From a bacterium (GTDB lineage: Bacteria; Electryoneota; Electryoneia; Electryoneales; Electryoneaceae), in NCBI GenBank assembly GCA_963669175.1, contig OY769902.1, positions 352,001 to 416,000 of the forward strand: a stretch of DNA of 64,000 nt. Reading direction: 5' to 3'. Below, in pieces: positions 28,003 through 37,850 of the stretch (position 1 is its first letter; every line of letters begins with the position of its first letter). The notes below the pieces were generated by a model that saw only the letters and a list, made by a program, of their open reading frames with translations, searched no databases and was not told the origin of the DNA. Position numbers and translations under genes: made by a program.

Positions 28003-30143
28003 CGGATCGGCACCTCGCCTTCAGGAACATTTTTGATATCTGTGCCGAGACGTTGCAGATAGGCTGTCAATGCCACGATATCACTGTCCCACGCTGCTTT
28101 CATACCGGATTCTTCAAGGGTACGGCTGATTACTTCCGCCTGGGATCGCATGTCATGCGGGGCGACATCTTCATACCCTTCCGGGTAAGGCACACCAAGC
28201 TTGCGCATCGCCTTGATCTTGCCCGGGATATCATCCACAGAATACTTGGTATCGATCAACCAGGGGAATGGCGGCATGATTGATCCCGGCGACATGCTGG
28301 GCGGATCCTTCATATGCCCGTAATGCCACGCATCCGGGTATTTGCCGCCTTCACGAGCCAGGTCCGGCCCGGTACGTTTCGAGCCCCACAGGAACGGGTG
28401 ATCATAAACAAATTCACCGGCCTTGGAATACTCGCCATAGCGTTCAACTTCATCCCGGAACGGGCGAATCTGCTGCGAATGGCACCCAAGACACCCTTCA
28501 CGGATGTATACATCTCGCCCTTCCAGCTCCAGCGGCGTATACGGTTTCACCGAACTGATGGTGGGAACATTGGACTTGATCGTCCACATCGGCACCAGCT
28601 CAATCATGGACCCGATAAGAATGGCTACCAACGCCAGTACAGTAAAGGTGATCGCACGGCTTTCCAGCGCGTAATGGAAATAGCCCTTCTTTGCTTCGGC
28701 ACGATACCCGGCAGGCGCTGTCATGGTTACATACTTCTCCAGCTTGCCCTTGTGCATGGTGAAGGCAAGGTTGAAGAACATGATGATCACACCGGTCAGG
28801 TACAGGATGCCACCGATGGCACGCACAACATGAAACGGTACAATTTGAAGCGTAATCTCAAGGAAATTCGGATAGGCCAGCACACCTTCCGGGGTGAACT
28901 GTTTCCACATCAGCCCCTGGGTCCAGGCGGCCACCCATAACGGCACCACGTAAAAGATGATTCCAAGCGTACCGATCCAGAAATGGACATTCGCCCACTT
29001 CTTCGATGCCAGCTCGGTTTTATAGATCTGTGGAATCAGCCAGTACAGCATGCCGAAGGTCAGGAAACCGTTCCAGCCCAAGGTTCCCACATGGACATGG
29101 GCAATGGTCCAGTCGGTGTAGTGACTGATAGAGTTGACAGTCTTCAGAGCAAGCGTCGGCCCTTCGAGGGTTGCCATCGCATAGGCCGTCACCGCTACAA
29201 CCATGAACCGCAGCTCCGGTTGTTCACGAAGTTTGTGCCACGCTCCCCGCAAAGTCAGCAATCCGTTTAACGCACCGCCCCACGACGGCGCGATCAGCAT
29301 AATCGAAAATACGGTACCCAATGATTGCAGCCAGGGCGGCAGCGAGGTGTATAGCAGATGATGCGGCCCGGCCCAGATATAAATGAAAATCAATGCCCAG
29401 AAATGAATGATGGATAGACGATAGCTGAAGACCGGACGATTGGCCGCTTTCGGCATGTAGTAATACATCAGGCCCAGGAAGGGGGTAGTCAGGAAAAACG
29501 CCACCGCATTGTGTCCGTACCACCATTGCACCAACGCATCCTGTACGCCCGGGAAAATGGTGTAGCTTTTCATCAGGCTGACCGGGAGCGCCAGGTTGTT
29601 GATGATATACAGCACCGCAACCGTGATCCATGTGGAGATGTAGAACCAGATCGCCACGTACAGGTGTTTCTCACGACGTTGCAGCAGGGTGCCCATCATA
29701 TTGACGCCGAAAATCACCCAGATGATAACGACGGCAATATCCAGCGGCCATTCCAGCTCGGCGTATTCATGGGTCTGCGTGTAACCCAGCAGGTAGGTGA
29801 TTGCGCCGATCAGGATGATCAACTGCCAGCCCCAGAAATGCACCAGGGCGAGGGTACGGCTATACAGTTCTGTACGGCAGAGGCGCGGCACCGAATGGTA
29901 GACACCCAGGAAAATGGCGTTACCGACAAACGCGAAAATCACCGCGTTGGTGTGGACCGGACGCATGCGGCCAAAGGTGGTCTGTGCAAGGCCGAGGTTG
30001 GCGCCGGGAATGAATATCTCAAGGGCAACCCAGATGCCCACAAACATTCCCACAATGCCCCAGAAAATCGTGGCCTTGGCGAACAGATCCACTATGCCGT
30101 TGTCGTACCGGTACGTTTCCAGCTTGTCCGTAAGTTCGGGCAT
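27999..30143 (-). CDS. ccoN: Fused cbb3-type oxidase subunits I and II (CcoN-CcoO)
   Basis: RPVHTNAVIF, QWWYGHNAVAF, WAGPHHLLY, HVHVG; then CLGCHSQQIRP and WGSKRTGPDL of CcoO; GGAG before ATG 30143. Confidence 0.95.
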   Translation of the reverse strand: MPELTDKLETYRYDNGIVDLFAKATIFWGIVGMFVGIWVALEIFIPGANLGLAQTTFGRMRPVHTNAVIFAFVGNAIFLGVYHSVPRLCRTELYSRTLALVHFWGWQLIILIGAITYLLGYTQTHEYAELEWPLDIAVVIIWVIFGVNMMGTLLQRREKHLYVAIWFYISTWITVAVLYIINNLALPVSLMKSYTIFPGVQDALVQWWYGHNAVAFFLTTPFLGLMYYYMPKAANRPVFSYRLSIIHFWALIFIYIWAGPHHLLYTSLPPWLQSLGTVFSIMLIAPSWGGALNGLLTLRGAWHKLREQPELRFMVVAVTAYAMATLEGPTLALKTVNSISHYTDWTIAHVHVGTLGWNGFLTFGMLYWLIPQIYKTELASKKWANVHFWIGTLGIIFYVVPLWVAAWTQGLMWKQFTPEGVLAYPNFLEITLQIVPFHVVRAIGGILYLTGVIIMFFNLAFTMHKGKLEKYVTMTAPAGYRAEAKKGYFHYALESRAITFTVLALVAILIGSMIELVPMWTIKSNVPTISSVKPYTPLELEGRDVYIREGCLGCHSQQIRPFRDEVERYGEYSKAGEFVYDHPFLWGSKRTGPDLAREGGKYPDAWHYGHMKDPPSMSPGSIMPPFPWLIDTKYSVDDIPGKIKAMRKLGVPYPEGYEDVAPHDMRSQAEVISRTLEESGMKAAWDSDIVALTAYLQRLGTDIKNVPEGEVPIR

Positions 30144-30191
30144 GTATCTACTCCACAATGGCATCATCCATGATGCGCTTTGACTCTTTGC

Positions 30192-30357
30192 CTAACAGGA
30201 TAGCAACTTCTTACTAATTGCTTAACAGGATATTAGGATAAAAGGATATTAAGGATAACTTCTTACTTCTTTTATATGGATATTTTGCATAACTAATAAC
30301 AAATGCTTCTTTCTCATTAACTTTAAATCTTGTCAACTTGCAAACTTTCAACTTTTT
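30192..30357. repeat. AT-rich spacer with solo AGGATx4 arm (30222-30258) and a partial arm (30192)
   Basis: TTAAC AGGATATT AGGATAAA AGGATATTA AGGATAA. Confidence 0.8.
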
Positions 30358-30531
30358 TCACTTACTACTTTTTTCACTTTTTTCACTTCGATGATCCTCA
30401 TCGATCAACATTCGCATCGATGGCGTATAATCATCATCATACTGGCCGTTCCGGACAGCCCAGAAGAACGCCGCCAGGAACCCCAACGCCAGCAGTAAAC
30501 TGACCCCCAGTAATAGAACTATGATCTCCAC
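30358..30531 (-). CDS. ccoS: cbb3 oxidase maturation protein CcoS (57 aa, below ORF track cut-off)
   Basis: MEIIVLLLGVSLLLALGFLAAFFWAVRNGQYDDDYTPSMRMLIDED..., hallmark WAV..GQYDD. Confidence 0.9.
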   Translation of the reverse strand: MEIIVLLLGVSLLLALGFLAAFFWAVRNGQYDDDYTPSMRMLIDEDHRSEKSEKSSK

Positions 30532-30572
30532 GCCTATCTTTACCTCGCTAAGAGCAACCTTACAACATCTGA

Positions 30573-30705
30573 CTCACAGGATATTAGGATGATAGGATGA
30601 AAAGGATAAACACAAAAATATATTGAAGTTAAAGATTAAAATATTTCTTTTAGCTTTAAAGAAATCCTTTATCCTTGATATCCTTCTATCCTACTATCCT
30701 GTTAG
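30573..30705. repeat. 133-bp AT-rich element bounded by inverted AGGATx4 arms
   Basis: CTCACAGGATATTAGGATGATAGGATGAAAAGGATAAA ... TTTATCCTTGATATCCTTCTATCCTACTATCCTGTTAG. Confidence 0.85.
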
Positions 30706-30710
30706 GCCGT

Positions 30711-33197
30711 CTATGAAAGCCCGGAGCGCCGAGCCTGCCACTGTGTCATGAAGGTGGCGAAGGCAACAACCGTGATTGAGCTGAGCGGCATCAGGATCGC
30801 CGACACCAACGGCGACAATTGCCCCGCGACCGCGAAGCCCAATCCTACAAGGTTGTAAGAAAGCGACAGGCCGAAGCCCATCAGAATCACCCGGGTCGCA
30901 CGTTTCGAGAACCGTAGCACCGTATCCAGCTTTTCCAGGCTGTGTGCGTCCAGCAGGGCGTCGCTTGACGGTGAAAACGCCGTCACATCGTCCGTAATCG
31001 CGATCCCAACATCCCCCGCCTTCAACGCACCCGCATCATTCAACCCATCCCCAATCATCAGCACCGTACGTCCGGAATCACGCAACGCTTCAATGAATGT
31101 CAGCTTGTCCGTGGGCGATTGACGAAACCGCATTTGTGTATCGGACGGAAAAAACTGCGCCAACGCGTTCTTCTCACGGTCCGTATCGCCGGACAGCAAC
31201 GCCAACTTGACCAATCCCGCGAGTCGGTCAATCAATCCCTGCAAACCCGGTCGCCAGTGCGTATCAAGGTGAAAATGGCCACGCGGTACACCATCAATCC
31301 CGATAAAGGTCGTGGTATACGATCCCAGCTCATCCCGTTGTGGTTGTTCACGATCATCATCAAACACCCACTCCGCAGCTCCGATCCGGATATGGTGTCC
31401 GTCCACCATAGCTTCCAACCCTAGCCCTGGATACTCGCCAAATTCAGTGATTTCCAGCGTAGCTACTCCATGCAGGGCAGCAGTAAGTTGCACACTGACC
31501 GGATGAGTGGAATGCTGGGTTACGGAACGGATCATCGTTTTTTCACGTTCCGACAGCTCTTCCCCGTGGAATTCCACACGTTTGGCGTCTGCTCGGCTCA
31601 ACGTGCCCGTTTTGTCAAAGACCACGGTATCAATTCGGGCCAGACGTTCGACCACGCCCGCGTTTTTCAGGTACAACCCGGTCCGCCCCAGCAACCGCAT
31701 AGCTGTGCCCAGAGTGAACGGTGTCGTTAGCGCCAACGCACAGGGACAGGCGACAATCAGCACTGCGGTGAAAATCCGTACCGCGTGCCCTGCGCCTTGT
31801 GGAATCCAGTAGATCAATGCCGCCAGCGCTATCGCCAGCACCCCGAACACGAAATACTTGCTCGCCTTGTTCGCCAGGGTTTCGTAGATATTTTCACGGT
31901 CCCGCGCGAAAGCGTCATGGTTCCACAAGCGTGTCAAATAGCTGCGACTGACCTTCTCCACTACTTCCAGCTCGACGACACCCCCGAGCTGACGCCCCCC
32001 GGCGTACACCACATCACCAACCGTTTTCGCTACCGGGTCCGATTCCCCGGTCACGAAGCTGTAGTCAATGGCGCCGTCGCCCTTCATCAACACCGCGTCC
32101 GCCGGGACCAGCTCCTGGTTGCGGATGATGACACGGTCGCCTGGCTCTATATTCAGCACCGGAACACTGCTCTCGCTGCCATCCGCCTCACGTTTCAACA
32201 CCGCGATAGGGAAATAGCTGGTGTAGTCACGTTCAAACGACAACGATTCATACGTTTTCGCCTGAAACACCTTACCCACCAGCAACAGGAAAATCAGTCC
32301 GGCCAGCGAATCGAAGTATCCCGTTCCGGTTCCGCTGATGACTTCGTAGCCGCTCCAGCCCAGCAAGGACAGGACACCCAGCGAAATCGGGACATCCAGG
32401 TTCAGGAACCCTTTCCTGATCCCCTTCCATGCGCTTGTCAAATAATCCAGCCCGCTGAAGAAGACCACGGGCAACGACAGCACAAAACTGACCCACGCAA
32501 ACACCGTCCTAAGCGTGGGCGGCACCTTGTCCGTACCCACCGCCAGGTAATCGGGAAACGCCAGCAGCATGACATTGCCGAAAACAAACCCGGCTACCCC
32601 GATTTGCAGGTACAGGCGGCGACGATCTTCCTTACGTTCCTCACGTCCCAGGTCTTCCAGCCGGATACGGGGTTCATAACCCACGCTTGCCAGCAACTCT
32701 ACAATTTCACGCAGGCTTTTTTCCTGCCGGTTCCAAGTGATCGTGACTTCCTTCTTCAGGAAGTTGACCACTGAACTGCTGACACTCGGCTCGATACGAT
32801 ACATTTGCTCCAGCAAGTAAATGCAAGACGCGCAATGGATCGCGGGAACGTGCAGCGTGACCTTCGCGGTCACACCATCCGAAAAGTCAAGGAGCTGTTT
32901 TTCAATCTCGGCGTCATCCAGGAAGCCCCATTTGACATTCCCGGCATCACCCTCCGGCGCTGCGCCCGGAGTATCAGATAACGAGTAGTAGGCGTCCATT
33001 TCGCTGTCATGCAGGAGCTGGTATACGCTCTTGCAGCCATGACAGCAGAACAGTTTGTCGCCGATACGGATATCGGCGTCCTTGCAGGTGTCCCCGCAAT
33101 GGGCGCATATCAGCTCGGGTTCACCGGGATTGATGACCAATCCACCCGGCAGCTCCGTATTGTCGTTTACTCCACTCGTTGTTCCAACCTCTCTCAT
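30711..33197 (-). CDS. ccoI: P1B-type heavy metal (Cu) ATPase, CcoI/FixI type
   Basis: N-terminal CAHC..FCCHGC, HMA CASC, TGES, CPC, DKTGT, GDGLND; between actF and ccoS; exact start uncertain. Confidence 0.9.
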   Translation of the reverse strand: MREVGTTSGVNDNTELPGGLVINPGEPELICAHCGDTCKDADIRIGDKLFCCHGCKSVYQLLHDSEMDAYYSLSDTPGAAPEGDAGNVKWGFLDDAEIEKQLLDFSDGVTAKVTLHVPAIHCASCIYLLEQMYRIEPSVSSSVVNFLKKEVTITWNRQEKSLREIVELLASVGYEPRIRLEDLGREERKEDRRRLYLQIGVAGFVFGNVMLLAFPDYLAVGTDKVPPTLRTVFAWVSFVLSLPVVFFSGLDYLTSAWKGIRKGFLNLDVPISLGVLSLLGWSGYEVISGTGTGYFDSLAGLIFLLLVGKVFQAKTYESLSFERDYTSYFPIAVLKREADGSESSVPVLNIEPGDRVIIRNQELVPADAVLMKGDGAIDYSFVTGESDPVAKTVGDVVYAGGRQLGGVVELEVVEKVSRSYLTRLWNHDAFARDRENIYETLANKASKYFVFGVLAIALAALIYWIPQGAGHAVRIFTAVLIVACPCALALTTPFTLGTAMRLLGRTGLYLKNAGVVERLARIDTVVFDKTGTLSRADAKRVEFHGEELSEREKTMIRSVTQHSTHPVSVQLTAALHGVATLEITEFGEYPGLGLEAMVDGHHIRIGAAEWVFDDDREQPQRDELGSYTTTFIGIDGVPRGHFHLDTHWRPGLQGLIDRLAGLVKLALLSGDTDREKNALAQFFPSDTQMRFRQSPTDKLTFIEALRDSGRTVLMIGDGLNDAGALKAGDVGIAITDDVTAFSPSSDALLDAHSLEKLDTVLRFSKRATRVILMGFGLSLSYNLVGLGFAVAGQLSPLVSAILMPLSSITVVAFATFMTQWQARRSGLS

Positions 33198-33199
33198 GT

Positions 33200-33439
33200 C
33201 TAACAGGATATTAGGATAATAGGATTTCAAGGATAACTGACTTAATTAAGAATGAAAAATTAAGAATTAAGAATTTAAATATCTCCATATAGAACATATT
33301 ATGGTTAAGTAAAATATCAAATCAGGTAGTATATCAAATATTTCTTTACTTTTTTTACCTTTTTTACCTTCTTTACTTTTTTTACATCCATCACATAATC
33401 TTTTATCCTTGATATCCTTTCATCCTATCATCCTGTGAG
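33200..33439. repeat. 240-bp AT-rich element bounded by inverted AGGATx4 arms, with AATTAAG heptamer tract and T-rich 9-mer tract
   Basis: Arms 33200-33237 and 33402-33439; heptamers 33243-33275; TTTTTTACC/T repeats 33341-33389. Confidence 0.85.
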
Positions 33440-33459
33440 TCGAATTTCCTGAAAGTCTA

Positions 33460-34866
33460 TCAGTAAGGATTGATGAATTCAGCCGAGTTGGGCAATTTCG
33501 GATCGTTCACCGGGATTGCCGCCTGTTTCGTGAACCGTGACCAGAACGCCCACAGGAACACCCCGCCGATCCCGACCATCGTGGTCAGGTCCAGCCAGGA
33601 CGGCACCGCGCTTTCCGGCTTGTGAATCGGCATCACATTCCAGTACAGGTCCACCCAGTGGAACACCAGCAGGTAGAATCCCCAGAACATCAGGATACCG
33701 ATGTTACGTTTCGCGCTACGGCTCATCACCAGTATAAACGGCACCACAAATCCCAGCACCGCCAACACTACACTCACCGCTTTCCAATCCCCCACCCAGC
33801 GCTGATGATAAAAGACTGTCTCTTCCGGAATGTTGGCGTACCAGATCAGCAGGTACTGACTGAATGCGAAATAGCCCCAGACAACCATGAAGGCGAACAA
33901 CAGTTTGCCCATATCATGAAAATGTTCTACGGTAATGGTTTCCTTCAGCACACCCTTTTTGTTCAACAGCACGGTGATAATGGACAGCAGCGCCATGATC
34001 CCCATGATGCCACCGGCGAAGTAATACAGGCCGTAAATGGTGGAATACCAGGCCGGCATAAGCGACATCAACCAGTCGAACGCCGCAAAAGTCGTCGTCA
34101 TGGCAAAGACAATGATTCCCGGTGCGCTGATCGTGCGGAACCGTTTTTTCTGAGCAGGATCGAAGCCCTCGCTATCCTGCCTGACTGATGTTTTCCACAA
34201 CATGAAGCCCAGCAGCGACCAGGCAATGAAATAGATAACGGTGCGAGCGATGAAGAACGGTGTATTCAGGTAGCCTGCCTTTTCACGGATCAACGCCATG
34301 TGGGCAGCGTGGCCGTGATCGTCATGCCCCTCGCCATGTGCTGCCATTGTCTCATGATCGCCACCATGAGCCGCATCCATCCCATGCGCTTCCGGATTCG
34401 GATCGACTTCGGCGTGATGAGATTTACCGGCATCGACCGTATGAGCGTCCGCGCCTGTTTCTGCATGTGCCGCCGGAATGAATGATACTCTTTCCACATG
34501 ATCTTGAGCGGTCGCATGACCGTCGCAGATGATGCGTTTCCACTCGTACAGGTCGCTCATGCCGATGAATACCGGGATCACGAAAATCGCCATGACCGGC
34601 AGGGTCATCATTACACTTTCCGCGATGCGACGCACCACCACACTCCACACCGCCCCGGTGATGTGGTGAATCATCACGAAGAACAACGCCCCCAACCCAA
34701 GCGACATCCAGAAGGCAAACGACACCAGCCAACTGAAGAAAAACTGTTCACGATTGATGAACAGCCCCGCCAAGCTGACCACCACGCCGACAATACCCAC
34801 GATCAGCGCGATCTTGCCAAACTTGCCCGGGTCTTCGAAGGTCTTCTTTTCCGCATCAAATCTCAT
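33460..34866 (-). CDS. actF: Alternative complex III membrane subunit F
   Basis: NrfD-like multi-TM protein, AFDWLMSL..WYSTIYG, HFHDMGKLLFAF, FSQYLLIWYANIPEE; AGGAG before ATG 34866. Confidence 0.9.
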   Translation of the reverse strand: MRFDAEKKTFEDPGKFGKIALIVGIVGVVVSLAGLFINREQFFFSWLVSFAFWMSLGLGALFFVMIHHITGAVWSVVVRRIAESVMMTLPVMAIFVIPVFIGMSDLYEWKRIICDGHATAQDHVERVSFIPAAHAETGADAHTVDAGKSHHAEVDPNPEAHGMDAAHGGDHETMAAHGEGHDDHGHAAHMALIREKAGYLNTPFFIARTVIYFIAWSLLGFMLWKTSVRQDSEGFDPAQKKRFRTISAPGIIVFAMTTTFAAFDWLMSLMPAWYSTIYGLYYFAGGIMGIMALLSIITVLLNKKGVLKETITVEHFHDMGKLLFAFMVVWGYFAFSQYLLIWYANIPEETVFYHQRWVGDWKAVSVVLAVLGFVVPFILVMSRSAKRNIGILMFWGFYLLVFHWVDLYWNVMPIHKPESAVPSWLDLTTMVGIGGVFLWAFWSRFTKQAAIPVNDPKLPNSAEFINPY

Positions 34867-34886
34867 GTCCGTTCCACTCTCCTGAC

Positions 34887-35030
34887 CTAACAGGATATTA
34901 GGATAAAAGGATGTCAAGGATAACAACTTCTTCTAAAATTGATCCACTGCTTACAATTCCTAATTTCTAATTCCTAATTCCTAATTAAATCGCCCTTCAT
35001 TCTTAATTCTTAATTTTTAATTCTTAATTA
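34887..35030. repeat. Spacer with solo AGGATx4 arm and two heptamer tracts (AATTCCT)n and (TTCTTAA)n
   Basis: Arm 34887-34924; tracts 34955-34988 and 34996-35030. Confidence 0.85.
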
Positions 35031-35033
35031 CCC

Positions 35034-35645
35034 CTACTCCGCCTGAAGCTTCCTCACATACGATATGATCCGCCATCGGTCTTCCACCGGCACCTGTTCC
35101 CCGTATTTCGGCATGTTACGCACACCGTTGGTGATCACGTTGAAGATGTAGCCGTCAGTGAAGTTCTTGACCTTATCATCATGGAAGTTCGGCGGTTTCA
35201 TGAAACCCTTTTCGATCACGATCCCGTCGCCATCACCCTGGTTACCGTGGCACATGTTGCAGTAGATCTCAAATCGTTCCTTGCCACGCGCCCGGTCCTG
35301 TTCAGTCAACGTCATCGGGATAGCGGTCACTTCTTTGCCGTTGGCGTCCACACCCAGTTCCAACTCAACATCCTTGACCAGCCCGCCACGACGTACCGTG
35401 CCTTCCGGCGGTACACGCATTGAGGCACCGTTCTGGAAGAATTCGTTCTCGCTTTGTGGGATGAACTTTGGCTGGTTGTCCATGTTTGGGTTGATATGGA
35501 TAGGCGGCTTGGTTGAGGTCTGTCCCTGGCATCCGATCAGGACTACGATCAGCAGCATAAATGTGGCAACTGTCGCTAACCGACCAATTCCCCGGCCAGA
35601 CATGGCCGGGCTACCCGGATTGGAGTTACCTGTACGCAGCATCAC
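35034..35645 (-). CDS. actE: Alternative complex III monoheme cytochrome c lipoprotein subunit E
   Basis: Lipobox LIGC, PNMDNQPK, single CNMCH, PVEDRWRIISY. Confidence 0.9.
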   Translation of the reverse strand: MMLRTGNSNPGSPAMSGRGIGRLATVATFMLLIVVLIGCQGQTSTKPPIHINPNMDNQPKFIPQSENEFFQNGASMRVPPEGTVRRGGLVKDVELELGVDANGKEVTAIPMTLTEQDRARGKERFEIYCNMCHGNQGDGDGIVIEKGFMKPPNFHDDKVKNFTDGYIFNVITNGVRNMPKYGEQVPVEDRWRIISYVRKLQAE

Positions 35646-36174
35646 TCCTCCTCCTCGAGCAGGTCCACATCGCCGCCGATCTCTTTCAGCAGGGCAGCGG
35701 TAGCATTGGCGTCAAACTGTGGATCGGACGCGAGAATGCTGATTGCGAACCCGTCATCCGTGACCTTACCGAAACGATCCGAGCTGAATACCGGATGGTG
35801 AAACTTCACATTTACCAGCCCCAGCATGCCGAACACGGAGGCAAGCACACTCAGCAGAACACCCAGGGCGAATGTGACCGGGAAAAACGCCTGGTAGCTG
35901 AAAAATCGCTTCCCGGCGATCACCAGCGGATACTCGATTGCACTGGTCCAGCCCTGCAACACCAATCCGCCGAACACTCCGGCGAAGGCAGCGCCTGCCA
36001 CAAGCCAGGGCAGTTTCGAACGTTTCATGCCCATTGCCTCATCCATGCCATGAATGGCGAACGGGCTGTGGGTATCCCATTTCCGGTACCCGGCGTCACG
36101 TACTTTCTCCGCCGCGTGTACCAGCGCTTCCGGGCTGTCAAACAGGGCCAATACGCCTGTAATCTTACGGTCGC

Positions 36175-36178
<4 letters not shown>
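35642..36178 (-). CDS. actD: Alternative complex III subunit D (DUF3341)
   Basis: [24 protein letters not shown], two TM helices. Confidence 0.9.
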
Positions 36179-37617
<1,439 letters not shown>

Positions 37618-37664
37618 TGGCGCTCACCAGGTATTTAAACAGTTCAGTTCATGACACTTTTGTA

Positions 37665-37850
37665 CTCACAGGATATTAGGATAATAGGATAGTAAGGATA
37701 ACTGCTTAATTAGGAATTAGGAATTAGGAATTAGGAATTAGGAATCACATATATCACGACTCATTTCCATTGTTTTGCCTATTTTCCTTACCTTTTTACA
37801 TTTTTTACTTCTTTTATCCTTGATATCCTTTTATCCTATCATCCTGTTAG
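37665..37850. repeat. 186-bp AT-rich element bounded by inverted AGGATx4 arms with (TAGGAAT)5 tract
   Basis: Arms 37665-37702 and 37813-37850 (the latter contains the actB TAA); heptamers 37706-37745. Confidence 0.85.

Noticed and set aside
33198-33230. ORF-track N-termini MKSYYPNILL (ccoI) and MLSLTSFYPNILL (actF, 34867-34926) as a shared leader peptide
   Set aside because: These are translations of the AGGAT repeat arm; downstream ATGs at 33197 and 34866 are more plausible starts
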